A stretch of DNA of 61,941 nucleotides from an uncultured Nitrospirota bacterium (GTDB taxonomy: Bacteria > CG2-30-53-67). Positions 59,332-61,941 of this stretch are shown here, piece after piece. The stretch spans positions 68,356 through 130,296 of the forward strand of contig CAMYMF010000010.1 of assembly GCA_947259355.1 (NCBI GenBank), read 5' to 3'. The position numbers and the translations under genes are program-made. Under the pieces are notes generated by a model. That model saw nothing but the letters and a program-made list of their open reading frames with translations. It was not told where the DNA came from and searched no databases. Each line of letters opens with the position of its first letter. Position 1 is the first letter of the stretch.

Positions 59332-59510
59332 GCGAATGTCTCAAAAGCGGGTGATCTCGGGGGTGTTTGCCAACAGTTTTGTATTTGCTCTGATTCGCAG
59401 GCCTTTCGATCCTGCGTGCGCGAGCATCAGTCTGCCACTTCTTCAGAATCCGCTTTGACGGAAACCCGTTGGAAAGCCCATGAAAATCAAGCACTTGTCA
59501 AGGAGGAGTT

Positions 59511-60167
59511 ATGTCCAAGACTCAATCTCTCCATGATTCCACCCCGGATAAGGCGCCGGTGGTACGCTTCGCCATGGTGCTTGATCTGCGCCGCTGCGTC
59601 GGTTGTCACAGCTGTTCCGTAGCCTGCAAGAGCGAGAATGAAGTCCCCCTTGGCAAGTTCCGCTCCTGGGTCAAGGTCATCGAAAAGGGCCGCTACCCCG
59701 ACGTCAGCCGGCAGTTTTTACCGGCACTCTGCAACAATTGCGATAACCCCATCTGCAACCGCAACTGTCCCGTGCGCGCCACCTACCGACGCCCCGACGG
59801 CATCGTTCAGGTCAACCAGCACCGCTGTATCGGCTGCATGTACTGCATGGCTTCCTGCCCCTACGATGTACGTTACATCAACCCGCTCCGAAAGATAATC
59901 CAGAAGTGCTTTTTCTGCGACCATCGGGTGGACAAAGGCGTGGAGCCGGCCTGCGTGGAGACATGTCTCGGCCGCGCCCGGATTTTCGGGGATATCAACA
60001 ACCCCAACAGCGAAATCGCCCAGACCCTCGCCACCAATCCCGTGACGACCTTGAAACCGGACCTCGGAACGGAACCCCACGTGTTCTACATTGCGGCCGA
60101 CTACGATGCCATGGACCCGACCAGCGGGGTCGACATCAACCATATCCATTTTGAGCATCCCTTTTGA
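59511..60167 (+). CDS. four-cluster Fe-S electron transfer subunit (TtrB/PsrB/NrfC family)
   Basis: DLRRCVGCHSC..AC, CNNC.NP.C...CP, CIGCMYCMASCPY, KCFFC, PACVETC. Confidence 0.92.
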   Translation: MSKTQSLHDSTPDKAPVVRFAMVLDLRRCVGCHSCSVACKSENEVPLGKFRSWVKVIEKGRYPDVSRQFLPALCNNCDNPICNRNCPVRATYRRPDGIVQVNQHRCIGCMYCMASCPYDVRYINPLRKIIQKCFFCDHRVDKGVEPACVETCLGRARIFGDINNPNSEIAQTLATNPVTTLKPDLGTEPHVFYIAADYDAMDPTSGVDINHIHFEHPF

Positions 60168-60218
60168 TGCCCGCGGCCCCGTAAGCCCCTATGGCCACCC
60201 AAGAAGGAGAGTGCACTC

Positions 60219-61154
60219 ATGGATCAGAACTTTGTCACTGTGCTCTACAATTCGCCCCATCAGATTCCGCTGGGCAAACTGCTTGCGCAGTATTTCTATC
60301 TCACCGGGCTCAGTGCCGGATCCTTTGTGGTCTCGGTCATCGCCATCCTGGGCGGCAAGAGCGAATACAAAGCGCTGGGCAAGATCGGCGCCGTGGTGGC
60401 CCCCCTCTGCCTGGTCCTGGCGCCCATGAACCTGCTGACCGAAATGGCCCAGCCCCTGCGTTCCTGGCACCTCATGACCTATCTGCCCGGTTATATCAAT
60501 CTCAAGTCTCCCATCACCTACGGTGTGGCGCTGCTGACGTCCTATCCCATCTCGGCCATCATCTATGCCTTCTTCGTCTACACAGGCAACATGAAGATGT
60601 CCAAGATCTTCGCCATCATCGGTATTCCGCTGGCCATCTCGGTGCACGGCTATACCGGTTTCATCTTGGCCCTCGGCAAGGGACGCGCACTCTGGAACAC
60701 GGCCCTCATGCCGACGCTCTTCATCGTCTCGGCAATGGTCTCCGGCATTGCCCTGATGATGCTGATCGCCATCATTCTCAATGTCTTCTTTTCCAAGGAC
60801 AAATCGCAGGAAGCTATTGCGGCCGATCGTGAGCTGATCTACGGGCTGGGCAAGTTTCTCGGCGGGGTGATCATCTTTGATGTCTTCCTTATTTTCAATG
60901 CCGTCCTGGTGCTCCTCACCTCCAGCAAAGAGGCCTGGCACGTGGCCGAGCTGCTGTTGTGGGGGCGATTCGCCGTGGACTTCGTCGGGATCGAGCTCAT
61001 TTTGGGCAGTCTCATTCCACTCTTCATTGTCTTTTACCCCAAGACCGCGCGGAATCTGAAAGCCCTCTCCTTTGCCTCAATCCTGGTCATGGTCGGCATC
61101 TATGCGATGCGATACACCGTGGTCATCGGTGGCCAGAGCGTTCCGCTGCACTGA
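60219..61154 (+). CDS. NrfD/PsrC/TtrC-family membrane anchor
   Basis: YFYLTGLSAG, SPITYG, YTGFIL, RALWN..L.P.LF..SA..SG; about 8 TMs. Confidence 0.9.
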   Translation: MDQNFVTVLYNSPHQIPLGKLLAQYFYLTGLSAGSFVVSVIAILGGKSEYKALGKIGAVVAPLCLVLAPMNLLTEMAQPLRSWHLMTYLPGYINLKSPITYGVALLTSYPISAIIYAFFVYTGNMKMSKIFAIIGIPLAISVHGYTGFILALGKGRALWNTALMPTLFIVSAMVSGIALMMLIAIILNVFFSKDKSQEAIAADRELIYGLGKFLGGVIIFDVFLIFNAVLVLLTSSKEAWHVAELLLWGRFAVDFVGIELILGSLIPLFIVFYPKTARNLKALSFASILVMVGIYAMRYTVVIGGQSVPLH

Positions 61155-61187
61155 AAAAAGCCTTGGGTTTCTTTATAGGAGAACAGC

Positions 61188-61941
61188 ATGAAATTCAGTC
61201 GACGCACATTCTTGAAACTCGGGGCCGCCGGGGCCGCGGCTTTCGGAGTGAACCGGATGCTGGACACGGCGCCCAACGCCATGGAACTGATCATGGGAGG
61301 AGCGGAAGTCTCTCGGACCACCGGCAAGTATCTGAAACCCGTGCCGAGCACCTGCCTCAACTGCTATGCCCGATGCGGCAATTTCGGCTTTGTCGCTTAC
61401 GGCACATTGCTCAAGATAGGCCCAAATCCGAATCATCCCAACAGCCGGGGCCGCCTCTGCGCCAAGGGGCAGGCCGGCTTGAACCTGGTCTACGATCCGG
61501 ACCGGCTTCTGTTCCCCCTCAAGCGGGTCGGGCCCCGAGGAGAGGGAGAGTGGAAACGGATCTCGTGGGAAGAGGCGTACGCGGAAATCTTAAAGCGATT
61601 GAAGGGGGTACTGGAGAGCGACCATCCCGAGGAGTTTGTCTTCCAGAGTGATCGGGACATCACGACGCAGGATATCACACGCCGATTTGTGCACGCTCTC
61701 GGATCGCCCAACGCCTTCGTCCATCATCCCCTGGGCGGGCCGAACAAGCAGGTGGCCCAGCAACTCACCTGGGGCGTGGACTATGATATCCCCGATGTGG
61801 CGAACACGGAGTACATGTTCCCCTTCGTTTCGGTGGTCGAATGCGAGCAAAAGAACATGATCCGGGAGATCGGGCCGACTCTGGTAGGAAGCGCGATAAC
61901 CTCCGACGAGTCGTTCCGGGGGCAGCTTCTCGACGCCGTGC
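61188..61941 (+). CDS. Tat-exported molybdopterin oxidoreductase catalytic subunit (TtrA/PsrA/ArrA-like), truncated; the last ~125 bp are suspect
   Basis: Not in the ORF track. Manual translation: MKFSRRTFLK (Tat motif), STCLNCYARCG...LCAKG (Fe-S motif), YDPDRLLFPLKRVG.RGEGEWKRISWEEA. Confidence 0.88.
   Translation, partial: MKFSRRTFLKLGAAGAAAFGVNRMLDTAPNAMELIMGGAEVSRTTGKYLKPVPSTCLNCYARCGNFGFVAYGTLLKIGPNPNHPNSRGRLCAKGQAGLNLVYDPDRLLFPLKRVGPRGEGEWKRISWEEAYAEILKRLKGVLESDHPEEFVFQSDRDITTQDITRRFVHALGSPNAFVHHPLGGPNKQVAQQLTWGVDYDIPDVANTEYMFPFVSVVECEQKNMIREIGPTLVGSAITSDESFRGQLLDAV

Noticed and set aside
1-61941. tRNA, rRNA, CRISPR array, prophage or transposase
   Set aside because: None recognised by eye; tRNAscan and Infernal were not run.

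Overview
GC-rich bacterial chromosomal segment, probably from an anaerobic Desulfobacterota/Nitrospirota-like organism (inferred from a RomR-like regulator, system II cytochrome c maturation genes, a multiheme cytochrome and CooC). It is mostly housekeeping DNA. In order: tartrate dehydrogenase and a HOGA-like aldolase; an MscS/ATPase/corA/MscS cluster; malonyl-CoA decarboxylase; a small accessory block; a frameshifted nitroreductase; acuI; rpmB; recG-rel-aminotransferase-deoC-deoB-pdp; romR-like; bioD; lnt; OmpA lipoproteins; NifU and ferredoxin; resB-ccsA; fsa; iclR-cooC-ygfA facing fchA-folD; HNH; a MinD-like ATPase; S2P-trpS-scpAB-rluB; rpsT and holA; radC-glnD-glgC; an 11-heme cytochrome; and a ttrBCA-like molybdoenzyme operon cut by the window end. 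I saw no rRNA, tRNA, CRISPR array, transposase or prophage. Most notable: (1) two short intergenic inverted-repeat elements with unrelated termini share a conserved core with a covarying inner stem; (2) FolD lacks its cyclohydrolase residues and sits beside fchA; (3) the RxKD-type Rel has an eroded hydrolase domain; (4) there are two structured leader or ncRNA candidates; (5) the last ~125 bp look like a chimeric junction. All assignments come from reading motifs by eye; no database searches were run.
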